Shown: one piece after another, positions 34,373 to 42,477 of the stretch
Numbering within the stretch: the stretch's first letter is position 1
How the letters are laid out: every line of letters begins with the position of its first letter
Assembly (NCBI GenBank): GCA_045806525.1
Contig: JBJMJD010000105.1
Coordinates: 2,680-66,679, forward strand
Direction of reading: 5' to 3'
Source of the DNA: Gaiellales bacterium
Lineage (GTDB): Bacteria; Actinomycetota; Thermoleophilia; Gaiellales; JAICJC01
DNA length: 64,000 bases
Notes under the pieces: model-generated
Databases searched by the model: none
Told to the model about the DNA's origin: nothing
The model's input: the letters and a program-made list of their open reading frames with translations, nothing else
Program-made: the position numbers and the translations under genes

Positions 34373-35472
34373 GCGGGGGCGTGCGGATCGGCGTGGTTGG
34401 GGCGGGAATGATCGCGCAGGTCGAGCATCTGCCAAACCTCGTATCGCTGGGCGACCGGTTCCAGCTGGTGGGCGTGGCCGATCCGTCGGCGCACGTTCGC
34501 GAAGCGGTGGCCGAGCGTCACGGGATCATCGCCGTGGAGGCGTTGCCCGACCTGCTCGAGCTGGGCCTGGACGCGCTGCTCGTGTCCACGCCTGACCCGC
34601 TGCACGCCGGCACGGTGGTGGCGGGGCTGGACGCCGGCCTGCATGTGTTCTGCGAGAAGCCGCTCTGCTACTCCGAGCGCGAGGCGGCCGAGATCATCGA
34701 GCGCCGCGACCGCGAGGGACTCGTCGTCCAGGTTGGTTACATGAAGCGATTCGACCCAAACTACGAGGCGGCGCTGGACCTACTGCCGGAGGGCGGGGAG
34801 GGGCTCCGCTACATCTCGGTCGAGGTCAGCGACCCCGACTCGTGGCCGTTCGTCGCCCACCGGCCGCTGCTTCGCGCCGACGACGTGCCCGCGGCGCTGG
34901 TCGAGGACGCCCGCGCCCTGCAGCGCGCTGAGGTGGCCGAGGTGCTGGGCGTGACCGTAGACGGTGCGCACCTGCGCGGCTATGCCGACCCGCTCATGTC
35001 TGGCGTCATCCACACGGTCAACGCCGTGCACGGCATGCTCGAGCGAATGGGCATCGAGGACGGCGACGTGGTCGGCGGTCACATCTGGTCGGGCGGCGAG
35101 TCCGCCTCCGGCACGGTGTCGCTGCTGGACGGCGCCGCGGCGTGGCATTTCGCCCAGGTGCTGGTACCGGGTATCGCGTGGTACCGGGAGCGCTACGTGC
35201 TGCACTTCGAGCAGACTGTGATCGAGATGCAGTTTCCGGCGCCCTACCTGAACAACCAGCAGACCGACCTGTGGGTGCGGCGCTCCCAGGGGCTGCGGCT
35301 GGACACCACGCACGTGCAGGCGGGGTACGGCGAGGCGTTTGTGCGGGAACTGGAAGGGTTTCACGCCGCCGTCACCGGGGCCGAGCCGGTGCGAAACACG
35401 GTCGAACAGGCGATGCGCGACGCACGGTTGCTTTCGGCCGTGGCACGCTGCGCGATTGAAACGGACGGATGA
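34369..35472 (+). CDS. Gfo/Idh/MocA-family oxidoreductase (inositol dehydrogenase-like)
   Basis: GTG at 34369 (GTGA overlap). Rossmann IGVVGAGMIAQ, VFCEKPL and QVGYMKRFDP. Confidence 0.85.
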   Translation: MSGGVRIGVVGAGMIAQVEHLPNLVSLGDRFQLVGVADPSAHVREAVAERHGIIAVEALPDLLELGLDALLVSTPDPLHAGTVVAGLDAGLHVFCEKPLCYSEREAAEIIERRDREGLVVQVGYMKRFDPNYEAALDLLPEGGEGLRYISVEVSDPDSWPFVAHRPLLRADDVPAALVEDARALQRAEVAEVLGVTVDGAHLRGYADPLMSGVIHTVNAVHGMLERMGIEDGDVVGGHIWSGGESASGTVSLLDGAAAWHFAQVLVPGIAWYRERYVLHFEQTVIEMQFPAPYLNNQQTDLWVRRSQGLRLDTTHVQAGYGEAFVRELEGFHAAVTGAEPVRNTVEQAMRDARLLSAVARCAIETDG

Positions 35473-36413
35473 GCGACCACCTTCACTCGGCCCAGCGCGC
35501 TCGCGCGCTCGACCAGCTCAGCTCGGCTCGGGGCGTGATCGCGGGGGCGGCGATCGACCACCGTGACTCCCTGCAGGCGGTGCTCGCGAAGCGCGGGCTC
35601 GAGCTCGATCATGCCGGCATCACGCGGCTGAAGGTGCGGGTGGCGTCCGTGCTGGCGCCGGCCGCGACGATGGTGCTGCTCGACGCCGAATATGCCGCGG
35701 CGCAGGCCCTGGCGGCCGGTGCCGTGCCTGGCAGCACCGGCGTGGCCGTACCGCTTGAGGGAATGGGATACGGTGACGTTGCCAAGCTGGACGTGACCAC
35801 CTTCCTCGAGGGCTGGTCGCCGGAGAAGGGCCGGCGGTTGGGCGCGTCCGGGGCGAAACTGCTGCTGCCCTACCGGGTCGACGTGGCCGACCAGGCGGAA
35901 CGCCAGGAACGGGTCGTCGCCGAGGCGGTCGCGGGCTGCCGGGCGGCCGGCCTGGCGTTGATCCTCGAGCCGATCGTCTACAAACGGGAGAACGAGGAGC
36001 GGGCCGGAGGCGACCGTTTCGGGGAGCTGGTGGTCGAGGGAGCGCGGCGGCTGGCCACGCTCGAACCGGATGTGCTTAAGCTGCAGTATCCCGGGTCGGC
36101 CGAGGCCTGCGCGGACGTCGATGACGCCTGCGGATCGCTGATCCCGTGGGTGCTCCTGGGTGGAGGTGCCGACCCCGCCGTGCTCGAGGGCCAGATCGAA
36201 GACGCCTGCCGGGCAGGGGCCAGTGGCTTCATCGTCGGGCGCACGCTGTTCGACGCGGCGCTGGTGGAGGACGAGGCCGAGTCCGAACGGGCGCTTCACG
36301 AGCAGTGCCGGCCGCTGCTGGAGCGGCTGGCCGGGATCGCCGAGCGTCTGGCTCAGCCCTGGCGCGAGCGGCTGGGGGCGCTGCCGACCCCGGGTGACGG
36401 CTGGTACCGGTGA
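35469..36413 (+). CDS. class I aldolase, LacD/DUF2090-like; candidate 5-dehydro-2-deoxyphosphogluconate aldolase (IolJ substitute)
   Basis: 314 aa, ATGA overlap with the upstream gene. DHRDSL, LLDAEY, GAKLLLPYR, VLKLQYPGS (putative Schiff-base Lys) and GFIVGRTLF. It occupies the last position of the iol operon, where an aldolase is the missing step. Confidence 0.6.
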   Translation: MSDHLHSAQRARALDQLSSARGVIAGAAIDHRDSLQAVLAKRGLELDHAGITRLKVRVASVLAPAATMVLLDAEYAAAQALAAGAVPGSTGVAVPLEGMGYGDVAKLDVTTFLEGWSPEKGRRLGASGAKLLLPYRVDVADQAERQERVVAEAVAGCRAAGLALILEPIVYKRENEERAGGDRFGELVVEGARRLATLEPDVLKLQYPGSAEACADVDDACGSLIPWVLLGGGADPAVLEGQIEDACRAGASGFIVGRTLFDAALVEDEAESERALHEQCRPLLERLAGIAERLAQPWRERLGALPTPGDGWYR

Positions 36414-36415
36414 GT

Positions 36416-37576
36416 TCAGCCGGCCCCGTTCGGGGCCACCACCACCTTCATCGCCGCGCCGGTCTGGGCCAGCGCCAGCGCGTCTTCAACCTGCTCGAGA
36501 CCGACCTCGTGCGTGATCGCCCGCGCGAACGGCAGCCGATCTTGGTGGCGCGCGAGCATGGCCAGGCTGGGGCCGTACTGCTCGAGCGTCTCTCCGCCGA
36601 CGCCCAGCACCGACACGCCCTTGGCGCAGATGTGGCGGTTGGGGTTGATCTCGACCGGTCCCATGTCGACGAACGCGCCGGCCTCGATCACGGTGCCGCC
36701 GGCACGCACCAGCTCCAGCGACTCGAGGAACGTCACGGAGACGCCAGAGCAGTCGACCACGACATCGGCGCCGAGGCCACCAGTGTGGTCGCGCAGCGCG
36801 CCCACCCGTTCGTCCACGGTCGTGGCGGCGCTGTTCAGGCACAGGTCGGCGCCGAAGGCGCGCGCGTGCTCGAGCCGCTCGTCCATCAGGTCGACAGCGA
36901 CCAGGCGGCCGGCACCCAGCATCTCGGCCTTGGCAAGGTGCATCAGGCCGAGCGGGCCGAGGCCGACCACTGCGACCGTGTCGCCAAGCCGGAAGCCGCC
37001 GCCCAGCGCCTGCATCGAGCGGGCGGCGTCCAAGCCGTGGGTGACGGCCAGCACCTCGGTCAGCGCCGCCAGCTTGGAGGGCAGCTCGTCGGGCACGCGA
37101 AACAGGCGCGTGCCCGGCAGCAGGTACATGCGCTCGGCCCATCCTCCGAACAGATGCGGAGGCTCGGCGCAGGTGAGCGAGTTGCCGTAGTCGTCGAGAG
37201 CGGTGCAAAGGTAGTACGGGTAGCCCTCGCCCAGGCAGAACCGGCAGCGGCCGCAGGTCACGTTGGGCGCGGGCACCACCCTGTCGCCGACTCCGAGAGG
37301 CAGGCCCAGCGCGTCCACGGGCGGCGGTCCGTCGCCGATCGCCTCGATCACGCCCACGTTCTCGTGGCCGCAGATGATCGGGTACGGAACCGGACGCTCG
37401 TGGTCGGTGCCGGCATACTGCAGGCTCTCACCTCGCCAGGTGTGCTTGTCGGTACCGCAGATGCCGCTGTAGAGCATGCGCAGCAAGGCTGCCCCGGGCG
37501 CGGGGTCGGGCTCCGGGAACCGCTCGACGGTCAGGCTGCCGGGACCGTGCATGACCGCTGCGCGGACGTCGCTCAT
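36416..37576 (-). CDS. zinc-dependent medium-chain alcohol/polyol dehydrogenase (MDR family)
   Basis: 386 aa. CGTDKH, GHENVG and a structural-zinc Cys cluster CGRCRFC...C. Confidence 0.85.
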   Translation of the reverse strand: MSDVRAAVMHGPGSLTVERFPEPDPAPGAALLRMLYSGICGTDKHTWRGESLQYAGTDHERPVPYPIICGHENVGVIEAIGDGPPPVDALGLPLGVGDRVVPAPNVTCGRCRFCLGEGYPYYLCTALDDYGNSLTCAEPPHLFGGWAERMYLLPGTRLFRVPDELPSKLAALTEVLAVTHGLDAARSMQALGGGFRLGDTVAVVGLGPLGLMHLAKAEMLGAGRLVAVDLMDERLEHARAFGADLCLNSAATTVDERVGALRDHTGGLGADVVVDCSGVSVTFLESLELVRAGGTVIEAGAFVDMGPVEINPNRHICAKGVSVLGVGGETLEQYGPSLAMLARHQDRLPFARAITHEVGLEQVEDALALAQTGAAMKVVVAPNGAG

Positions 37577-37593
37577 GAGGGTGCAGCTTACCG

Positions 37594-38496
37594 GTGAGCG
37601 AGCCGGCGATGATCGCGGTGGTGGGCGCCGGGCGGATGGGCAGCGTGCACATGCGGGCGCTGGGCGAGACGCGTCTGGCCCGGCTGGCGGCGGTGGTCGA
37701 GCCGCTGGCGAAGCCGCGCGAGCGGGCGGCGCGGCTGTACGGCGTGCCCCCGTTCGCGGCGCTCGATGAGCTGTTCGCGAGCGGACTGGCGGAGGGAGTG
37801 GTGATCACGGCGCCGACCGATCTGCATCTGCGCCTGGTCGGAGACTGTGTGAGGGCCGGCGTGCCGGTGTTCTGCGAGAAGCCGTGCGGTCTCAGTGCGG
37901 ATCAGGCGGGGCAGGCGGCGGCCGTGGCAAGCGCGGCGGGGCTTCCGCTACAGGTCGGGTACTACCGCCGGTTTCTGCCGGAGCTGGTGGCGCTGCGTCA
38001 GCGGATCGCCGCAGGGCGGCTTGGCGAGCTGTCGCTGGTCGTCCTCAACCAGTGGGACGAGCACCCGCCGTCGGCCGAGTTCGAGCGGCGCAGCGGCGGC
38101 ATCGTGGTCGACATGGGCGTGCATGAGATCGATCAGCTGCGCTGGCTGACCGGGCAGGAGGTCGAGCAGGTGGCGGCGCTGACGCCAGCTCCCGGAGACC
38201 AGTCGAGCGCGGTGATCTCGCTGCGTCTGTCGGGCGGCACGCTTGGAGCCATCACGCTCGGGCGGCGGTTCCCGCATCCGGACTCGTGCTGGATGGAGGT
38301 GGTCGGGACGGCCGGGTACGAGCGGCTGCCGTTCGTCTGGGCCGAGCAGGGCGAGAAGGTGGTGCTGGCGGGGATCGCCACCGAGCTGGATGCGTTCGCG
38401 GCGACGGTGCGCGGGGCGCCCATGGCCGGACCGGGCGGCGCCGATGCGGTGGCGGCGCTGGAGGTCGCGGAGCAGATCGACCGGTGCCTGAGGTGA
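37594..38496 (+). CDS. iolG: Gfo/Idh/MocA oxidoreductase, inositol 2-dehydrogenase-like
   Basis: IAVVGAGRMG, VFCEKPC, QVGYYRRF and DMGVHEIDQLRWL resemble IolG. The alternative ATG at 37609 gives a more typical N-terminus. Confidence 0.7.
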   Translation: MSEPAMIAVVGAGRMGSVHMRALGETRLARLAAVVEPLAKPRERAARLYGVPPFAALDELFASGLAEGVVITAPTDLHLRLVGDCVRAGVPVFCEKPCGLSADQAGQAAAVASAAGLPLQVGYYRRFLPELVALRQRIAAGRLGELSLVVLNQWDEHPPSAEFERRSGGIVVDMGVHEIDQLRWLTGQEVEQVAALTPAPGDQSSAVISLRLSGGTLGAITLGRRFPHPDSCWMEVVGTAGYERLPFVWAEQGEKVVLAGIATELDAFAATVRGAPMAGPGGADAVAALEVAEQIDRCLR

Positions 38497-38870
38497 CCGG
38501 CCGCGGACCGCGGGCCGGTGCCGATGCGCTGGTGCAGAACCAGCGAGGCGAGGTGCTGCTGGTGCGACGGGCCGATGACGGGCGCTGGGCGATGCCGGGC
38601 GGCTGGGTCGATCCGGGCGAGACGCCGGAGCAGGCCGTCGTGCGCGAGGTTGTGGAGGAGACGGGGCTAGAGGTCTCGGCGCCCCGTCTCGTGCACACGG
38701 AGCAGCGCCCGCAGAGCATCCATTACACCTTCCGGTGCCGGCTCGACGGCGGCCGGCTGCGGGCATCCGAGGAGTCGCTTGAGGTTGCGTTTCGTACGCC
38801 GGACCAGGTCGGCCAGTGGCACACGGACCACCACGAGCGTCTGCTGGCCGCGATGGGGGTGGACGAGTGA
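38493..38870 (+). CDS. NUDIX hydrolase
   Basis: GTG at 38493 (GTGA overlap). Nudix box GGWVDPGETPEQAVVREVVEETG. Confidence 0.85.
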   Translation: MTGRGPRAGADALVQNQRGEVLLVRRADDGRWAMPGGWVDPGETPEQAVVREVVEETGLEVSAPRLVHTEQRPQSIHYTFRCRLDGGRLRASEESLEVAFRTPDQVGQWHTDHHERLLAAMGVDE

Positions 38871-38946
38871 AGTCTCGGAGCCGGACCGCCTCGGCGCCCC
38901 TGCGGCGGCACCGCTTGTGACCGCAGTCCCTTGGATGGTCGACTGT

Positions 38947-39423
38947 TCAGTGGCCCGATATCCGGGTCACGTCGACCCGGATCGGAACCGCGTAGTCGGC
39001 GGCGAACGACGCCGGCGTCCAACCGTTCCTGCTGATTCGCTCACCGTACTTCGCGATGTAGGCATCGACCCCGTCCGCCCCCGGATCATCGCTGACCCGT
39101 GCCCGGCCGGATACCACCACCACGTCGCCGCCGGCGCCGTCTCCGTCCAGGTGCACGGACACGCGCGGGTTGGCCGCGATGTTGCGGAGCTTGGGCGCGC
39201 CGGGTCTGCTGTAGATCAGGAGGCTGCCGGCGCCGTCCCACAGAAACCAGACCGGCACCGGCACCGGAGCGCCGGCCGGGTTGACCGTAACCAGCCAGCC
39301 GATCAACTCCTCGCGCAGGCGCCGATTGGCGCGAGCGCCGAACTCCGTGGTCAGGTCGAGCAGCTGCGGTTCAGCCGACGTTCGTGGCCGCCCCGTCCGG
39401 CGCTGCCAGGCCAGCCCGCGCAC
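38947..39423 (-). CDS. pyridoxamine 5'-phosphate oxidase-family (probable F420/FMN-binding split-barrel) protein
   Basis: WLVTVNPAGAPVPVPVWFLWDG...LLIYS...KLRNIAANPRVSVHL is a PPOX-like pattern. The start is uncertain: the GTG at 39423 overlaps the upstream gene by 53 nt. Confidence 0.65.
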   Translation of the reverse strand: MRGLAWQRRTGRPRTSAEPQLLDLTTEFGARANRRLREELIGWLVTVNPAGAPVPVPVWFLWDGAGSLLIYSRPGAPKLRNIAANPRVSVHLDGDGAGGDVVVVSGRARVSDDPGADGVDAYIAKYGERISRNGWTPASFAADYAVPIRVDVTRISGH

Positions 39424-40279
39424 CTTCCTCGAGCAGCCGCTGCAGCGAGACCGCCCCGGCCACGGCGGTGGGCGTCGCGACCGACAGCGTCGCGTAGATC
39501 ACGGCCCACCGCAACCGGTCGGAGGGTGTGACTCCCAGCTGATCGGCCCAGATGTACGCGGCCACCAGCAGGTCGCCGGCGCCGGTGGCGTCCACCACCG
39601 GCACGTGATCGAATGGCGCTGTTCCGGCATCCACGCGCTCGCCCTCGACCGACGCCACCGCGCCCCTGGCTCCCAGCGTCACGACAACCGTCGGGACGAC
39701 AGCGCCGAGCACCCTGATGGCGGCGTCGAGATCGTCGGCACCGGACAGCACCATCGCTTCGCCCTCGCTCAGGAACAGCGCCCGCGCCACCGACAGCTTG
39801 GCCGGCGGCCGTCCGGCGAATGCGCGCGCGTCGTCATCGCCGCAGGTGACGTAGGCGGCCGCCCCCTCGGGTACCACGTACAGCAGGTCGAGGTTGACCG
39901 ATACCGCCCGGGGCGACAGGGCGGCCACGTCGGCCGCGCTCGAGCGCACCCCCGGATCGACGGTCACCATCGCGCGGTCGTCGCCGACCGGCAACACCAC
40001 CGTGGTGGGCGTGCGTGGCGCCTTTCGAGAGACGATCTCGATCCCGTCGCCGCGGAGCACCTCGATCACCAGGTCGCCGGCCACGTCGTCGCCCAGCGGC
40101 GACGCCAGCGCCGTCGCCAGGCCGAGCCTGGCGGCCCCGACCGCGGTGATCGCTCCGCCGCCGGGAGATCGCAGCAGGTCGCTGCCGAATCGCTCCTCGC
40201 CCAGCGCCGGCAGTGCCTCCAGCCCCGTGAACGTGAGGTCGAGGAAGGCCGGAGTGGCAACCGCTAGATCGTATCCCAT
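39371..40279 (-). CDS. PfkB-family carbohydrate kinase (paralog A of a pair)
   Basis: ATG at 40279. PAFLDLTFTGLEALPALGEER, SPGGGAITAV, PTVVVTLGARG and DATGAGDL. By eye, roughly 40% identical to 42474-43364. Confidence 0.8.
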   Translation of the reverse strand: MGYDLAVATPAFLDLTFTGLEALPALGEERFGSDLLRSPGGGAITAVGAARLGLATALASPLGDDVAGDLVIEVLRGDGIEIVSRKAPRTPTTVVLPVGDDRAMVTVDPGVRSSAADVAALSPRAVSVNLDLLYVVPEGAAAYVTCGDDDARAFAGRPPAKLSVARALFLSEGEAMVLSGADDLDAAIRVLGAVVPTVVVTLGARGAVASVEGERVDAGTAPFDHVPVVDATGAGDLLVAAYIWADQLGVTPSDRLRWAVIYATLSVATPTAVAGAVSLQRLLEEGARAGLAAPDGAATNVG

Positions 40280-40319
40280 CGGCGGCGAGGATAGCGCACC
40301 GGTCGGCGCCCGGGTTTGC

Positions 40320-41114
40320 CTACGGGCGACCCTCGCGGGCGGCTGCGCGCAGGCCCTCGACCTCCGGCGCAAGCTGGGTCGTTCGGTACCGCCAGCGATC
40401 GCCGCGGTTGGCCAGCAGGGCGTGCTCGAGCGGGTCGCCGTGCTGGTCGAGGACGGTCTCCTGGACGACGAGCAGCGGCGCGCCGGTGGGCACGTCCAGC
40501 AGCCGGGCGGTGCGGGCGTCGGCCGTGACCGCTCGCAGCGTGCAGTCGCGGTCACCCGGGACCAGGCCGCACCCCTGTGCCAGCGCCCCGTACAACGACG
40601 CGGTCTCGAACTGGACATCCTGCAGAGCGTGGGCCAGCCGTCCGGGCATGCATGACCGGTCGAGCGAGAGCGCCACCCCGTCCACCAGCCGCACCCGCTC
40701 CAGCTCGAAAACGTCGTCGCCAGGCGGCAGCCGCAGGGCCTCAGCCTCGGCCGCCGACGCGGCCCGCAGCCGCTGGTTCAGCACCTGCGACGCCAGCGTC
40801 ACCCCCGACTCGTGGGCCCACTCGGTCAGGCTGCGAGGGCCGTGCGCAAGCTCAACCACCTGCGCCGCCGCAACGTACCAGCCGTGGCGCCCGGCCGCTG
40901 TCAGCAGGCCTTTCGCCTCCAGGTCGAGCAGCGCTCGTCGCAGCGTGTTTCGGGAGACGCCGAGCCGCGCGCACAGCTCGCGCTCCGGCGCCAGCCGCTG
41001 TCCTGCCGGCAGCCGTCCGCCGGCCATGTCGGCGCGCAGCGAGCGTGCGACGCGCCGGAACAGCGGCTCGCTGCCGCGGGCGTCGTTGGGCGGGCCGGTG
41101 AGAGCGCTTGACAC
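40320..41114 (-). CDS. GntR-family transcriptional regulator (HutC/UTRA subfamily)
   Basis: GTG at 41114. wHTH LPAGQRLAPERELCARLGVSRNTLRRALLDLEAKGLL plus a UTRA-like C-terminal half. Confidence 0.85.
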   Translation of the reverse strand: MSSALTGPPNDARGSEPLFRRVARSLRADMAGGRLPAGQRLAPERELCARLGVSRNTLRRALLDLEAKGLLTAAGRHGWYVAAAQVVELAHGPRSLTEWAHESGVTLASQVLNQRLRAASAAEAEALRLPPGDDVFELERVRLVDGVALSLDRSCMPGRLAHALQDVQFETASLYGALAQGCGLVPGDRDCTLRAVTADARTARLLDVPTGAPLLVVQETVLDQHGDPLEHALLANRGDRWRYRTTQLAPEVEGLRAAAREGRP

Positions 41115-41137
41115 TGGTGGTACCTCTTTGGTACTAC
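41108..41137 (+). promoter_or_regulatory. candidate promoter/operator in the 31-bp gntR-GH4 spacer: TTGACA-18-TACTAC plus two TGGTAC repeats 11 bp apart
   Basis: TTGACA at 41108-41113. TGGTAC at 41118-41123 and 41129-41134. There is an imperfect dyad ACTGGTGGTACC/GGTACTACTGG. The GH4 GTG at 41146 lies 9 nt after the putative -10. Confidence 0.25.
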
Positions 41138-41145
41138 TGGCGGTC

Positions 41146-42477
41146 GTGAAGCTAACCCTAGTCGGAGCCGGCGGATTTCGCACGCCGGCGATCTATCGCG
41201 CGTTGGTCGCCGGAGCCGGCACGACCCGCTTCGATGAGGTCGTGCTGTTCGACCCCAACGCGGAGCGGCTGGAGCAGATCGGCGCCGTGCTGGCCGGGAT
41301 CGACGCCGAGCTGGGCGACCGAGTCGCCTACCGCAGCTCCGGCGATCTGCGCGACGCCCTGGAGGGCGCCGACGTCGTCTACTGCGCCATCCGCGTTGGG
41401 GGACTCGAGGGCCGACTGCTGGACGAGCGGATCGCCGTGGACGCCGGCGCGATCGGCCAGGAGACGACCGGCGCCGGCGGCATCGCGTTCGCCCTGCGTA
41501 CGGTGCCCGCCGCCACCGCCATCGCAGAGCAGGTCGCCCAGCACGCCCCGGATGCCCTGTTCATCAACTTCACCAACCCCGCCGGCCTGGTCACCGAGGC
41601 GCTGCAGCGGGTGCTCGGAGATCGCGTGGTCGGCATCTGCGACGCTCCTCCCGACATGTGCCAGCGGGTGGCAACCGCGCTCGGCATGCCGCTCGACCAG
41701 CTGTGGTTCGACTACTTCGGCATCAACCACCTGGGCTGGCTGCGCGCGGTGCGACACCGCGAGCGCGACCTGCTGCCCGGGCTGCTGGCCGACGACGATC
41801 GGCTGGCCGGGTTCGAGGAGGGCCGCCTGTTCGGCGGCGAGTGGCTGCGAGCCGTCGGGATGCTGCCAAACGAGTACCTCTACTACTACTACTTTGAGCA
41901 CGAGGCGCTCGCATCGATGCAGGGCGGCAACCTCCGCGCCTCGGTGCTGCTCTCCCAGCAGAGCATCTTCTATGAAGGCAACGGTGACGCCCTGGCGCGC
42001 TGGAAAGCCGCGAACTCGGCCCGCGAGGCGTCCTACATGGCCGAGGCCTGGTCGTCGCGGGGCGTCGAGATGGCGGAGGTGAGCGCCGCCCGGGAGCCCG
42101 GTGGCTACGGCGGCGTTGCCCTGCAGATCGTGGACGCCATGGTCAACGCGCGGCCGCAGGTGATGATCCTGAACACGGCCAACCGCTCCAGCATGCCATT
42201 CCTGGACGAACAGGCGGTGGTGGAAGTGCCGTGCTTGGTGGGGCCCGGCGGTGTCATCCCGGTCGCCGTCGGGGACGTCCCGATGGAGGCCAAGGGCCTG
42301 ATCCTGCAGGTGCGCGCGTCCGAGCGGGCCGCGATCGACGCCGCCCTCAGCGGCTCGCGGCGCGAGGCCCTGCGGTCGCTGGCGCTGCATCCATTGGTTC
42401 CCTCGGTCGAGGTGGCCGAGCGGATCCTGGACGGCTACCTGGCCGAGCACCCGGCGCTGGCGGGGCGGTTCGCGTGA
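41146..42477 (+). CDS. glycoside hydrolase family 4 (NAD+/Mn2+-dependent), 6-phospho-beta-glucosidase (CelF/LicH)-like
   Basis: VKLTLVGAGGFRTP Rossmann, GICDAP (metal Cys), GINHLGW, and PNEYLYYYYFE, which I recall from CelF/LicH-type enzymes. The subfamily call is unverified. Confidence 0.8.
   Translation: MKLTLVGAGGFRTPAIYRALVAGAGTTRFDEVVLFDPNAERLEQIGAVLAGIDAELGDRVAYRSSGDLRDALEGADVVYCAIRVGGLEGRLLDERIAVDAGAIGQETTGAGGIAFALRTVPAATAIAEQVAQHAPDALFINFTNPAGLVTEALQRVLGDRVVGICDAPPDMCQRVATALGMPLDQLWFDYFGINHLGWLRAVRHRERDLLPGLLADDDRLAGFEEGRLFGGEWLRAVGMLPNEYLYYYYFEHEALASMQGGNLRASVLLSQQSIFYEGNGDALARWKAANSAREASYMAEAWSSRGVEMAEVSAAREPGGYGGVALQIVDAMVNARPQVMILNTANRSSMPFLDEQAVVEVPCLVGPGGVIPVAVGDVPMEAKGLILQVRASERAAIDAALSGSRREALRSLALHPLVPSVEVAERILDGYLAEHPALAGRFA

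Noticed and set aside
26468-38496. Levoglucosan or C-glycoside (3-keto-glycoside) degradation, suggested by Gfo/Idh/MocA oxidoreductases plus xylose-isomerase-like TIM barrels and an ABC importer.
   Set aside because: The same families are IolG, IolE and IolH/I. The unambiguous iolB, iolC and iolD genes in the same two operons make inositol catabolism the simpler reading.
41881-41892. A TACTACTACTAC microsatellite-like tract.
   Set aside because: It is in frame within the GH4 gene and encodes YYYY in the conserved-looking PNEYLYYYYFE segment. It reflects protein sequence, not a slippage repeat.
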